Assembly: GCF_964204645.1 (NCBI RefSeq)
Contig: NC_134026.1
Span: 24,710,150-24,774,149 of the forward strand
Length of the DNA: 64,000 nucleotides
Direction of reading: 5' to 3'
Source of the DNA: Tubulanus polymorphus
Lineage: Eukaryota; Animalia; Nemertea
Part shown: positions 1 through 11,900 of the stretch, piece after piece
How positions within the stretch are numbered: position 1 is the stretch's first letter
Layout: each line of letters begins with the position of its first letter
The notes under the pieces: model-generated
Told to the model about the DNA's origin: nothing
Databases searched by the model: none
The model's input: the letters and a program-made list of their open reading frames with translations, nothing else
Translations under genes and position numbers: made by a program

Positions 1-829
1 AATACGATTAAATGCAGGTTTATATAACTATGTGAGAACTGAAAAAAGGTGTTCGGAGAGCAATGACATGAAAGGTTCACCCCTGGCGAGTATTCAAACA
101 GTGCGGAAGCCATTTTTTCAATTCAATGTGTAAGAGGTATTATAGTCATTTATCACAGGTGCAAAATGACACAATAAGAAAGGTATGTGACTAATAAAAA
201 GATTTTGTTGAAAGTGCTTAAATCATTCAAATTACCCTATCATCACACTTACATCTTTCAAATCTACGCAATGATTACATTAATTACAAGAAATCCTTCT
301 CTATATATGTCTTGCTATGAAGATAGATACATGTATGAAAAAACATGACAGAAATAGAATAAGCCAAGAAAGGTATTATGGCAGGATGAGAATAGGTTTT
401 AAACAGGTACAAATGCCCCAGAGATACGGATCAAATACACACACTACCTTTACATAAAATCTATGGACATGATTGAAATAATGATTCTTAAAATTGATTT
501 CAATCATCAATCATCTACCCGGTAAATGAATACTGCCGAATACTATATTTAACAAAAAAAAGTAAAGAATAATAGCTAGGAGCAACAAGGTTTCATCAAT
601 TTCATAGAAAACAGGACGGAAAGAGTATTGATAACAATGAGAATAAGCATCTATTCAGTTGGTAGGATTTACAAGATATACAAATAATAACTACTTTGGC
701 ACTGACTACCAAACTGTACATCTAAGTTAATATTTAGATCTAAAGCTTCTTATCCACATAATACAAAATATATTCAAAAATAACTTTTTTATCTAGAACC
801 TCCAAGATCAATCAATGGTTATTTTCAGA

Positions 830-3800
830 TCAGACCATATGTTGTGGTTTACTTTTCACATCATTGAATGATATATCGTCTAATACACTGGCAAGAATGT
901 TAGGACAACGCTTAATCACCACTCCCATCAAACGGTTCAGGAACACCTTTTGACGATGATGTTCTATTACATGGTCTTTCAATGCCTGCAGGATCTCCTC
1001 CTGCAATGAGAGAACAAGTCGGGGAATGAAAGCAATCAGAAAACCAGAATGATCCATTTACTACATGCTTTTCGTTCTGGTCAAGTCAGTTGAAAATTAC
1101 TTCTATTCTTAAAATTTCCTATCAGAAATAACTCATCATTTATAGTCACAAATCACACGGGTCTACTGTGCACTCATTGAAAATACATACCTTACTGCTG
1201 TTTCTCAAACTTTCCCAAATTGGTATATCATCATTCAGCAACTCATATGGGACATCTGTAAGGCAAGTTCAAATCTTTATTGACTTGGCAGATGAATTAA
1301 CAGCAAACTATATAGAATGGAAGTACAGGCACTTACCAACATCGCGGCTTACTGCATTAGACTCAGATATTTGCTGTAGATATTCCCTCCTCTCTTTTTC
1401 AAATGCCTTAACAGCAGCAGTCTGAAATACACAACTGAGATTATAGTAATGGGTACAAACAATCAAACAAGTTGATATCCTTCCTAAAAATCCAACGCAA
1501 ATAAAGAATGGTGGATAAGAACATAGGGAATCTCACAAATATAGCTTAATCAAAACATCTAGAACTCATGAATGGTTGTATATATAACCTTTTTCTACGG
1601 TAAATGGATAAGATGCAATACATGCAACATAAAGAGAAGCACCTTAACACCATCAGATAGTCACCACATGCATGTACCACTGGTTTAGGCCCAGGCACAC
1701 ATTTTCTGTACCTTTTTCTGCAGAGCTTTAGCTAAACATTGAATCTTCGTAACGAAAGTTGTAGCATCATCCTTCATGCAGCACATAAATCAGTTTAAAA
1801 TGTTAAAATTCTAAATTGAATTCTCTTTGAAACCTTTCATCCTGACACAAAATGACAAATATCCAACGACACATTAGCTAATGGCATATTTACTACACAC
1901 ACCTTTTTATCTTTATTCCAATCGAGCTTAGTTCCTAAAAGAGCATCATAATCAACATCTTCCACTTTCAATTTTTCAAGCAGATTGTACAACTGACGCC
2001 ACTTTTTGTCTGATCCCGATAGCTGAAATACAAAAATATGAGCCCAAACATTTATCGGTATTCTTTTACAAGACTGGGATGCACAGTACTCATTTAGTAG
2101 TAATGTTAGATTCAACTAACCTGTTCTTTGGTGCTATCAAGTTCAGTATGCAAGTGATCTTTCTGTTCTTCCAACTTAGTGATTATTTTAGCATACCTGC
2201 CAAATATTAGGTGAACATTGAAAGGAGTGAATGGAAGATGGTGAATGTAAATGCACAGGTGGCTTACCTTTCATTGTCACCTTCTAATTCCTTGTTTTCA
2301 TTTAAAGCTGATGTCAAGTCATTCATAATAATGGAGAGATCTTGAGTTAGGGTTTGTAGCTGTTCTTCTTGCTCAGATGATGTTTTCTGACTTTGAGGTA
2401 GATTGCGTAATACGACTAAACGTAACGGTGGATCTAACTGACTGAGCAACTCATTAAATTCTGTCACATTCATCGCTGGGATTCCATGTCCATTCACTTC
2501 AACAATCCTGATAGAACATAAGAAATATTGCTGGATGATTAGAAAATGAACCTTAGAAGCTAATTCAAAATTAATTCAGTTAATATTGCCAGTAAATACT
2601 AAGCACACATTTGGACATAATAAACGAAAGACGTTTACTGCACCTGTCACCCTTTATCAGTGGAATGCCATCTTCAGCACAAGTCACTTGTACACCTCCA
2701 TTATTATCCTCAGTCACTAGGAAACCATGGTGATCCTTTGCCTGTATAGACACTTCAACTGCCACAGCTTCCTTTGATTCAATTTTCACAAAGCCATACA
2801 AGTTAGAATGTCCAATAGCTTCCATCCTTCTCTACAATATTACGATATCAAATTACCTTTTACCACTATATCACCTGTTGAATCAAAGAGCAAATTTTTT
2901 CTCTTTCGAAATTTCTTCTTACACGTTCTGGAACATTACGAAGTTGTGATCTTTTCATATCTGCCATTATTGTGGCCTTCTGTTGTTGAAGACTCAAAAG
3001 TAACGATTCGGCATTGGCCAATTTGTATTCTAGCTCAGCATAATCCACATTTCGGCTATCGGACAACAGACTGAAAAAAATATCAGCCAGCTCGATAAGC
3101 AAAATCTTGAAAATATGTTAAAAAATGTCATAATATAATAAAGAGTGTCGATATACGTACTTGTTCACACTACTGCTTCTTTGTAAAGACATTTTCATAT
3201 CAGTGATTGTTTCAGTGACTTTCACAATATTTCCATCCAGATTATCGAGATCAGCGGTTAAACTGTTCACTGTAGTTGTATCGTATCGCGGTGATGATTT
3301 CTGCTCTCCTGTAATCGCATCGTACGGACTTTCTATCTTATTCCAGATCTTTTCTATTTCCTATTTGAAGAAAGCGGTTATAATCGTTTTATGAATCAAT
3401 ACTGACGACTTTAAATTCACCTTAAATAGTCTTTAAATGTAAACGCAAACATTCGAAAGTGATGAGATTTTTTATCATCAGCATAGAGAAAAAACCAACT
3501 TCGCCTGTGATTGTATGTATATACACAGTAGAGACAGTACCAGTCTACTATCAGTGATCATACATGCAACAGCTGTCATCCAGGGCACTGTCAATGTAGA
3601 AAATCAATGAAAACTGAATGTTTCTAATTCATAATATTTCTCTGTACAGATTAATCTATCTATACAGCTGTATTCTTCCAATTTTAATTAAATCGATTGT
3701 CAAAGGACAATTTTTGGGTGTGTATCTTCGATCTTTCAAGATTTACTTAGGCTATTTATGGATCGTGACCCAATCAAATTTAGAAGACAGACTTATGATT

Positions 3801-6627
3801 AGTTTCTCTAATGAATATCTGCTAAATCAACTTTACAACCTTACTGTAAAACATGATTCAACCGTTCAATGTCTTATAGATGGATACCAGCATTCGTGTG
3901 TTTCAATTCAGTTAGAGAGATCTATGACTAACGGAAATTCTCATCAAAATAACTGATTGCATTTGCAAAGGCTAGAAAGTATCTATTTACTATAACATTG
4001 TGATCAAGTCATCATACCTATTTGAAATACACCAGTATAGTTAACCAGCAGTGAAATCTAGTAACAAATGAATAATGAATACAAACCTTGAATGGTAATT
4101 TAGATGAGGATATCATAATTCAGTTTGTTTGGGGATTGTCTTTATTTCCTCGGGTTTGTCTCATGTATGAGTAAGAAGTAACCGAGGAATTATGGGTAAA
4201 AACATCTGTTATAATGTGTCAGTGTTCTTTCTAAAGAAATTGTGCAAATAAAACTGACCTGGATATATGAGGGTTAGTACGAAAAAAATTAACAATAAAT
4301 CACAGGAAAAAGTGTATTAAACATACCAAATCTATTTCTGCAGATGTGTTCATTTCTAGCATAGAACGGGTACCACTAGCAATAGCCTGTGAAGACGAAA
4401 TGAAAATAACACCTTTAAATGACGCAAAATCATGTTGTGATTTCAAAAAGAAAGACAGATCATTAAAACCGGTGTTAACATATTGGGCATCTTGATTCAA
4501 AATAATTTAATTACCTCTTCTCCTCCTTCTACAACTCCTACATCAGCCGCAACTTTCAGCCGTTCTACACATCGGAGAATTTTCTGTCTCAGCGAATCTT
4601 CTGTCACACCAAGATTAACTGCAAAAATTGTTTATATCCATTAGCTTTATCGGTCTTTAAGGTAAGTGTTCAAACTGTTTCTGTGTGCTATCAAAGGAAT
4701 ACAATAGATGCTATTATCTGAATATACAGATTTTAAGTAGAGATAAGTGTAACCTTTTACCCAATACTTAAGTGCTATACTATTTTTTTTGGCTTGCAGT
4801 GCTAAGTTTCTGTCATATTTCTAGACCGGTAGTCTAAAATGCTGCTAAATGCACGCAAGGGGAATAAGTGAACTCTAACTACTGAAGGTAAAATGCAGGA
4901 GACAACACACCCAGAACTTGTGCTATGCACAATGTTCAGTGTACTACAAATGTACGAAAGAAGTGTTCAAAAAATGGGAGAATAAATAGACACACCATGC
5001 ATCACTTTTAAAATACATCCAAAACATCAGCTTTACCTGAATCCAACTGAACGAAACTGCTGCATCAAAAATACGACAATAAATTATCTTCGAAGCAGAT
5101 GATAACAAATTACTGTATATAAAACGAATGAATACATACCCAGATCATCATCATTAATCTGTAGAAGGCAAGGACCATCGATATTACTGCCTGAAAATGA
5201 ATCAAAATTTCAAACACAATCCAGTTTTTTCAACACTTAATTATTCTAGGCCTTGATCTTTCCCATTTACCTTCAAATAGGTCTTTCAAAATTTGTAGGT
5301 TTTGACGTTTACACCATAAATTTACATCATGTGCATCCCATTCAAGAACTTGACTATCTTCCATACATGTAGAATTATCTCCGCTATTGTCCATGTAAAA
5401 CGTATCTGAATCTTGGTGTGATATAGCGGCTAATGCCTCCCCACCCCCACTTAGAATTTCACCATCGAAGTCCACATAATGATATTCTTCGTTTGAAATG
5501 CGTAAATTTGATTTGATTTCAGACTCCATTGGACTGATCATAGAAATTTCATTCGGCATAACAAATTTAGTTTCTTTTAAATCATCATCCGGTATTTCTT
5601 CAGATCCGGTGTTAGAAACAAGACTGCCTAACCGTAATTTCGGAATGTTTTCATACGTATCAGACGTACCTTCGGAAATAATACTCTCATTTTCCAATAC
5701 CTTATCAATGCAATTCAACACTTCTTCAAATTCTGCTCGACTATCAACAACTTTTGACTCGGCTTCACCGCCGTTAAAATCATCTTGTAAAATGATGTCA
5801 TCGATGTTTGTAGCTTCAATCTTTTCAGTTGTACCTTCTAAATCAATAGGCCTGCTATCCAGTTCATCATTTAAAACATTTGAACCATAATAATCATCAT
5901 TGTTATTAGTAATATTAGTTTTTGCTGGAATTTCTTGACATTTCTGTACATCTTCAATCTTCAGACTGGAATCATCAATGTTCTGTAGATCTTCTTCAAT
6001 CTTTAGACTGGAATCATTAATGTTTTGAAAATTTGGAATTCCTTTAGATGCTCCTGTATTGTCATTTACGATATTTGTTTCCCACCTAAAATTAGTGTTG
6101 GAACCGCTTTGAGAAGACAGATTTTGAGGTGGCGGGGAGTCGAAAACCCCGTGAATGATCATGTTTTCGCTATCGTAATCCTGATCATAACTCACATATG
6201 AACCATTCATTTTACGCGGTGAGTTTGGTAGAGATGAGCCGCTCACCTCGGGTGGCTGAGGGGCTGCTCGTTTTTTCTTCGAATTCCAAGACTTAAACTT
6301 AAGTCCTTTCGAAGTTGACTTTTGGTGGTTTGGTAATGACTGAGTAGAACCAGTGAAATCTTCTAAACTTTTGGCAGCATGAATCTTATCCTCAGTGGAA
6401 TGATGATTAAGCTGTTGTGCACTTTGGTAATGTATACCAGCAGGGGGATCATCGACATTATTAGTTGTAAAAGAAAGACCTTCATCTGTACTTTCTACAT
6501 ATGTTATATCGTTGATCTGTTTTTGCTTTTTCTTAGAATCTTTAGGCTTTGATTTCTTCAAATCGTTTTCATTAAATGAATGCGACCATGATTTCCTCTT
6601 TGCTTTCATTCGACGGAAGAAATCCAT
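830..6627 (-). CDS. Multi-exon scaffold protein (~954 aa): long disordered acidic N-terminus, SAM domain, PDZ domain, coiled coil, C-terminal Rab11-FIP RBD-like helix
   Basis: Phase-consistent GT-AG exons: 6627-5271, 5190-5140, 4618-4515, 3360-3161, 3070-2923, 2831-2644, 2507-2268, 2196-2121, 2022-1903, 1771-1712 (tentative), 1421-1337, 1255-1191, 1000-830. SAM: LEWDAHDVNLWCKRQNLQILKDLFEGSNIDGPCLLQINDDDLVNLGVTEDSLRQKILRCVERLK. PDZ: HHGFLV...LIKGDRIVEVNGHGIPAMNVTEFNELLSQLDPPLRLVVLR. C-terminus SSKEEILQALKDHVIEHHRQKVFLNRLMGVVIKRCPNILAS resembles FIP-RBD. Acceptor just upstream of ATG (exon starts 6632); candidate 5' exon donor near 7265. Confidence 0.85.
5947..6027 (-). repeat. Intragenic tandem duplication (two copies of ~14 aa)
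   Basis: QNINDSSLKIEEDL / QNIDDSSLKIEDV; nucleotide copies of tcttcaatcttYagactggaatcatYaatgtt. Confidence 0.85.
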
Positions 6628-6662
6628 GTTTTCTGCAAATTATTAGAATTATGAAAAGCTTG

Positions 6663-6755
6663 TAGTTAGCCCACATTGGTGATAAGCTTTTTTTTGGGAT
6701 TATACCAACTTATTGTTTGTGAAAATATACCATCGTGAAACTAAACCAGACACGG
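6663..6755. mobile_element. Degenerate solo arm of the foldback element at 7639-7959
   Basis: tagttag..ttggtgataagctttt..ttatacca..ttgtgaaaatataccatcgtgaaactaaacca aligns with deletions to 7849-7949 in the same orientation. Confidence 0.7.
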
Positions 6756-6819
6756 ACTAATATTAGATACCGGTAGGCCTATGCCTATTGCTATGACTAT
6801 GTTTCGATGCTGCTGGAAC

Positions 6820-7113
6820 CACAGGGACTTGACAAAAAGATTTTAACCCCAGTATCTAGGTACTATACATAAAAAGACTTTTTATATATAGTAACTAGAT
6901 ACTACTGGGGTCAAAATCTTTTTGTGTCAAGTCCCTGTCACAGGGGCTTGTATCATAAGTTTGGGGGTGAACTGTTGCGTAGATCATCCAGTATCCCTGG
7001 TACTATATATATATAATATACTATTTCTTTTTATATATAGTACCAGGGATACTGGATGATCTAAGCTACAGTTCACCCCCAAACTTATGATACGAGCCCC
7101 TGTGGTCCCTGTG
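6820..7113. mobile_element. Palindromic MITE A (P-superfamily-like termini), interrupted by MITE B
   Basis: Termini cacagggacttgac...gtcaagtccctgt[insert]g; arms pair along nearly the whole length; 8-bp flanking repeat gctggaac (6812-6819) / gctggacc (7114-7121). Confidence 0.85.
6939..7104. mobile_element. Palindromic MITE B (166 bp, P-superfamily-like termini) inserted in the right end of MITE A
   Basis: ~70-bp near-perfect TIRs cacaggggctYgtatcataagtttgggggtgaactgt...; perfect 8-bp TSD gtccctgt at 6931-6938 and 7105-7112. Confidence 0.92.
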
Positions 7114-7638
7114 GCTGGACCTTGTTGGAATCGGCCGAGAGAAGAGGAGAAAAAAAATGACAGTTCTTTTTTAACTGTTTTAATCGAACGTTTTAAACCA
7201 TCACATCAATCCAATAAAGCACTCACAGTTTTATATATTCAAGATTCTCTTGTCCTATGAATCACCTTTGGATAAAAACCACCGAAACAACTTTTAAAAA
7301 GTCATGGTAGTAGGGTCTACATTTCGAGTCAAATTTGACAAGGAATAAACAAGCACTAAAGCACATGCAGACCTGGCGCGATATGACCAATTCAATTAAA
7401 TACAAACTCTGCCACTCGGAGGAAGGCACGCCACGCACTCAAGCGGGTCAATGAGGACCAAATTTTTTATGCAAACCCTAAGCATTTCTCGAACCTTTCA
7501 GACGAAGACAAATAAACTAATCATGTCCTGGAATATTATGAATTTTCTTGCATAATCAACAAATCCGATCCGAAAGGTTTTCAAAATGTGTTCTTGCGAG
7601 AAAAACTTTCCGCCCGGCGCCTCCAGTAACTTGACCTG

Positions 7639-7959
7639 GTAACCCGGTTTGTGGTTTAGTTTCACGATCGGATATTTTCACAACCCTCATAAGCCCGTGG
7701 TATAAGCCCATCCGATTATAAAAGCTTACCACTAACGATTAGGTAACTAATAATTTATTAAACTATAGTCCTCTACCCCCGACCTTCTTTCGTCGGCGCG
7801 CCGCGGCCGGCCACCGGGGGCACCGCAGTTGGTTCGGATTATGGTAGTTAGTTACCTAATCGTTGGTGGTAAGCTTTTTATAATCGGATGAGCTTATACC
7901 ACGGGCTTATGAGGGTTGTGAAAATATCCGATCGTGAAACTAAACCACAGACAGGTTAC
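7639..7959. mobile_element. Foldback/MITE element with ~100-110 bp TIRs and GC-rich spacer
   Basis: 7650-7750 is the near-perfect reverse complement of 7848-7949; pairing extends imperfectly to gtaac/gttac; possible degenerate TSD tgacctg/tgactag. Confidence 0.85.
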
Positions 7960-8903
7960 TGACTAGGATTATGGGTACCCCTCCGGCATTTTTTCCCAAC
8001 CGAAGTCATGTTTCAATTCAATTAACTTTCAACAACAGTTCGGTAGAAAACTTTTTTATTCTGAAAAGTCAAGAGTTTTTTTTTTTAGATAATGGGAACC
8101 ATCGGGTGCTCGCTCCCACATCATCTTTACAATGCGCTCGATTATGAAAAAAAAAATATATATATATATATAAGATAATTTTTATTATCACTTTCTAGTG
8201 ATTTTAAGGCAGGAGGTGGAGCATGATGAAAGAACATTATCAATTCAATTTCTTAGTTTATACATACATTTTAAAAGGTTTAGATACTAGGACTATTAAT
8301 CTGTTCTGTTTCGTCCAACTATTTGAAAATATTATTTTTTTAACTATATACAAATGTGGCACAACAAAGCAGAAATAATCCAAGATGACCTAATTTAATT
8401 TCAAGGCATGAAATTCATTCAAAGGCTGAATATTTTATTCCAAGGCTTAGGCGGGTTCATTTTGAAGAATTGATGCCACCCATGACACTCGTTGAAGGCT
8501 TTTCTTTTGTCTTAAACAAAATCTTACGTATAAGATAAAATTTTATATTTAGGATAATTTCTACGTCTTGAAGGAAATACTATGTCTGGGTGGTTTCTAA
8601 TTTCTTAAGAATGAAATCTGTGCTGTGAATAGAATATTCTAGATCTTGGAATGAAATACAACGTACCAATACAACGGTTTTCTTGCAATGATTTGAATGT
8701 CTTTCTTACTAAATTTGCTATGTTGAATTATGTCCGCTTTTGCGTCCTACAAAACAGCTTCAAACTTTTCAATTTCATCCACGACATCGATATGAATTCC
8801 ATTCATATTCAAGTAAGTCACTTTTTAAAAATCATTCCAGCCAATATTTTGAAAATTCCCACAACCGATACATGTCGATAGTTTTTTATATATACATTTC
8901 AAT

Positions 8904-11900
8904 TTAGTAGTCGAGTGAATCCGTTGAACCAAATTCTTCGCCGTTCGGGTGTTCACTTAGCGTATACCAGCTGGTCTTCTGAACGTTCAAATCCAAGTCT
9001 TCCAAATTTATGATCACGGTTCCAATACAACGGTTTTTGTTTAAGACCGATGACTTCTCCCAAACTGACGTCTGAAATTAGAATACCACGCGTATCTAAT
9101 GCCGTGTTGTCATCTTCAACAAAATACTTTCACCTTTAGAACTACAAAAGGGTACAGTGTAGAACTCACCTCTACTTGTCTACGGAATATATCGCTGGCA
9201 CTATACTTCAGTTTTTGTTGGAATTGCGGATCACATGTTCCTCTTACGGTCTTTGTTTTTCTTTTAAGGTACCGCTTACGTCCATCCGTCAAGTAGGTTT
9301 TTACATAGCTATCTGAAATACAAGATAACCACTTCATAAATCGGTGTTATATTTCTATACGTAATGGCTACTCGCTACTTGCGATCAGGGCATTACCTGG
9401 AGGGTTAATCCCAGAGCTTGGATTTAAGTTACGGGCGCAGAGTATCTCTATTTCTAGGTGGCCTTTTATTATCAAAAGTGATAACTTGATGTCACCCCTG
9501 CTACCTTGCCGAGTATCTTAAAAAGAAAACATGAACAACTTATGAGACTCGAAAAAAACCTTAAGAAATACACAGACAAAAGCGCCCACACGCTTTGGCC
9601 AATTTGTAAACAAAAGCAACGGATCGATTTTAGAAATATATAACGTACCAGCAAATGTAGGCGAAATCTGACCAGTCCTTAAGGTCGCTGTACTGCTATC
9701 ATCTGCATTTTTTTCTGTACCACTGCAAAAGATAAGAGGTTAATTCTAAGAACCACGTATTGAAGCTAGTTGTTTCTGCATTAAGTCCCAAAGGTATAGA
9801 TAAAGTGTAATGGAAAATAACCAGCTGTCAGATTACTGGGAATTTAATCCAGTACCTGTTTATTGTTTCCACCTCGTCGTCAGTGAAAGCAGAGTCTGTC
9901 GATTTACTCGATGTACAAGCATTTTTCGATGGAGTCGCTACGAAATCAAAGTGAGCTGAAAGAATATCCATGTATATTTTTTGAACAAAAGTTCGAAAAA
10001 ATTCAAAACGCTACATAATAATCCAATCATCTTTTTTTGCTGATTGAAACATGTGAATTCATTTAAAAGAATCTCGACTGGCACTGGATTAATGAGCTTA
10101 TTCACGAGCTCTTGTACTTGTACACAGTCGACTACGCAGCTCACGCGGACATGACCTTAATATTTATAGCACGAATCAAGATTGTCCTTAGCACCGATAA
10201 ATGGCTGCATTAATCTAATGATGTTTACACCCGTTTTCTCCTTCAACGAGAAAGAAGTTACGTCCACGTTTCATCAACATGATTAACCCGGCAATATACT
10301 GGGTCTGTGCCCTTTTCATTGCTTCCTTGCGGTACAGTTGCCCCGTTCATAAGAATTTATGACACTCAATTTGCCAAATTAAGAGGCTCCGGTTTTATTT
10401 CTGTATGTCATAGTGCACTACTCACGGGTGTCTTGCGACGGCATTATCTTAGCTAGCAAATATGGATATGATATATAATATCCTCATTTGTGAAAGGACT
10501 GCATATTCGGTGAAATATCTAAAATAGCTGATACACGTAACACCGTGCGTTAGCGACTAGATTGTACTTACATTTTTTCACCGGCACGGGAGAATTTTGT
10601 AAAGATGCTGGCTTTTTCACTGGATCACCGTTCTTTTCTTCCAAACCGAGAGGCTTTGTGTGTGAATCTGCAGTGAAAGAACTAAAAGATAGATTTGGAA
10701 TGTGATACTTATTAGTATCTAATAAACTAAGCGCCAGTGCACTGCGAAATCAATTCTCCGAGGTAGGGCACCAAAGGCGTATACGATCGATTACCGAACC
10801 GGTTTCATCATAGCTTGGAGTTTCTCCAAGATCGTAGTAAATAACATGCTGCAGTTGGCTCAAAAGGTTTTTTACCTACGCTTCCGCCAATCTTTCCATC
10901 GAAAGCTTTGTATAAGGCATTGGATACGTGTTTCCAGCGCATTTTCTTGAATCTGAAGGACGTTCTCGACTCCCGCCCTCGACCTGCAATATCAAAAACC
11001 ATCATCGATGATTTTAGACAATAGCAAATCGATTTGTCTATATAAGAATAAGTCGATTCACGACGTGATTTAAACCTTTGTACAAAGCGGGAACGATGGA
11101 TGAGTTATTGAAATTATTCGAACAACAAAATTGATTCCCACTGACGAAGTACACGTAATCGGGATTAATCTCGGTAAAAGTTACTAGGGACATGACTCGT
11201 ATAATACATACGTATATGATTTATACGGCATGGAAGCCGGTTTAATTGAATTCTTATATGTTTACAGAGCATCTGTATCGTCGCAAAATATGATACGGCT
11301 TCGGCGGATGATTAGTCTCCATATCTCGTTATAGGCCAACACGATTCCATTACCTCATAAACCTTATCATAACAATTCTACTGCACCAAATAGTATGTCA
11401 GCTTTTCGATAAGATAGACGAACTAGGCTCGGTTTTATTGCAACATACATGCGCACCATTAGCCTTGGTGAAGATAATTGTTTCGTGGACATTAAATGGC
11501 CCAGATGGTGATGTACATGCACGTTTATATATAGATGTACCTTTATCGGTTGATTCGACGAGCACGTCTGCGGATAACTTTCTTTCCAGTTTCCCTTCGA
11601 TAAGCTGCTCTTGATCCTGATCTACATCTACAATTAGAATCAAGCCGAATTAATAGATATCACCTGACGGTAGCTCAATGGGCAGAATAGGGGGGGGGGG
11701 GGGGATAGATCAAATCAGAAACGAGTTTCTATTGTTCTAGATTAGAAATGAACAATGCTCAACATGATCCACAATCATGGGAAATAAGTCTTGTATTTGT
11801 TTTTGAATCTTATTCAGCATATACTTCATATTAGGTGAAACGATAATCAAAAATTCAGTATGTATATATGTTCATTGCGATGGGTTATTCTCTGAAGCTT

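Noticed and set aside
2832-2874. Apparent 43-nt mini-intron in gene 1
   Set aside because: A stronger in-phase donor (CGT|gtaaga at 2922) gives an ordinary 91-nt intron.
5037-5059. Possible 20-23 nt microexon inside the SAM domain
   Set aside because: It shifts the frame, and the SAM is complete without it; at most a poison exon, unsupported.
5498-5890. Plus-strand 130-aa ORF (also 20849-21271, 3161-3394, and minus-strand 51830-52219)
   Set aside because: Antisense shadows of real exons.
11668-11690. tRNA A-box-like ggtagctcaatgggcaga
   Set aside because: No B-box or cloverleaf follows.
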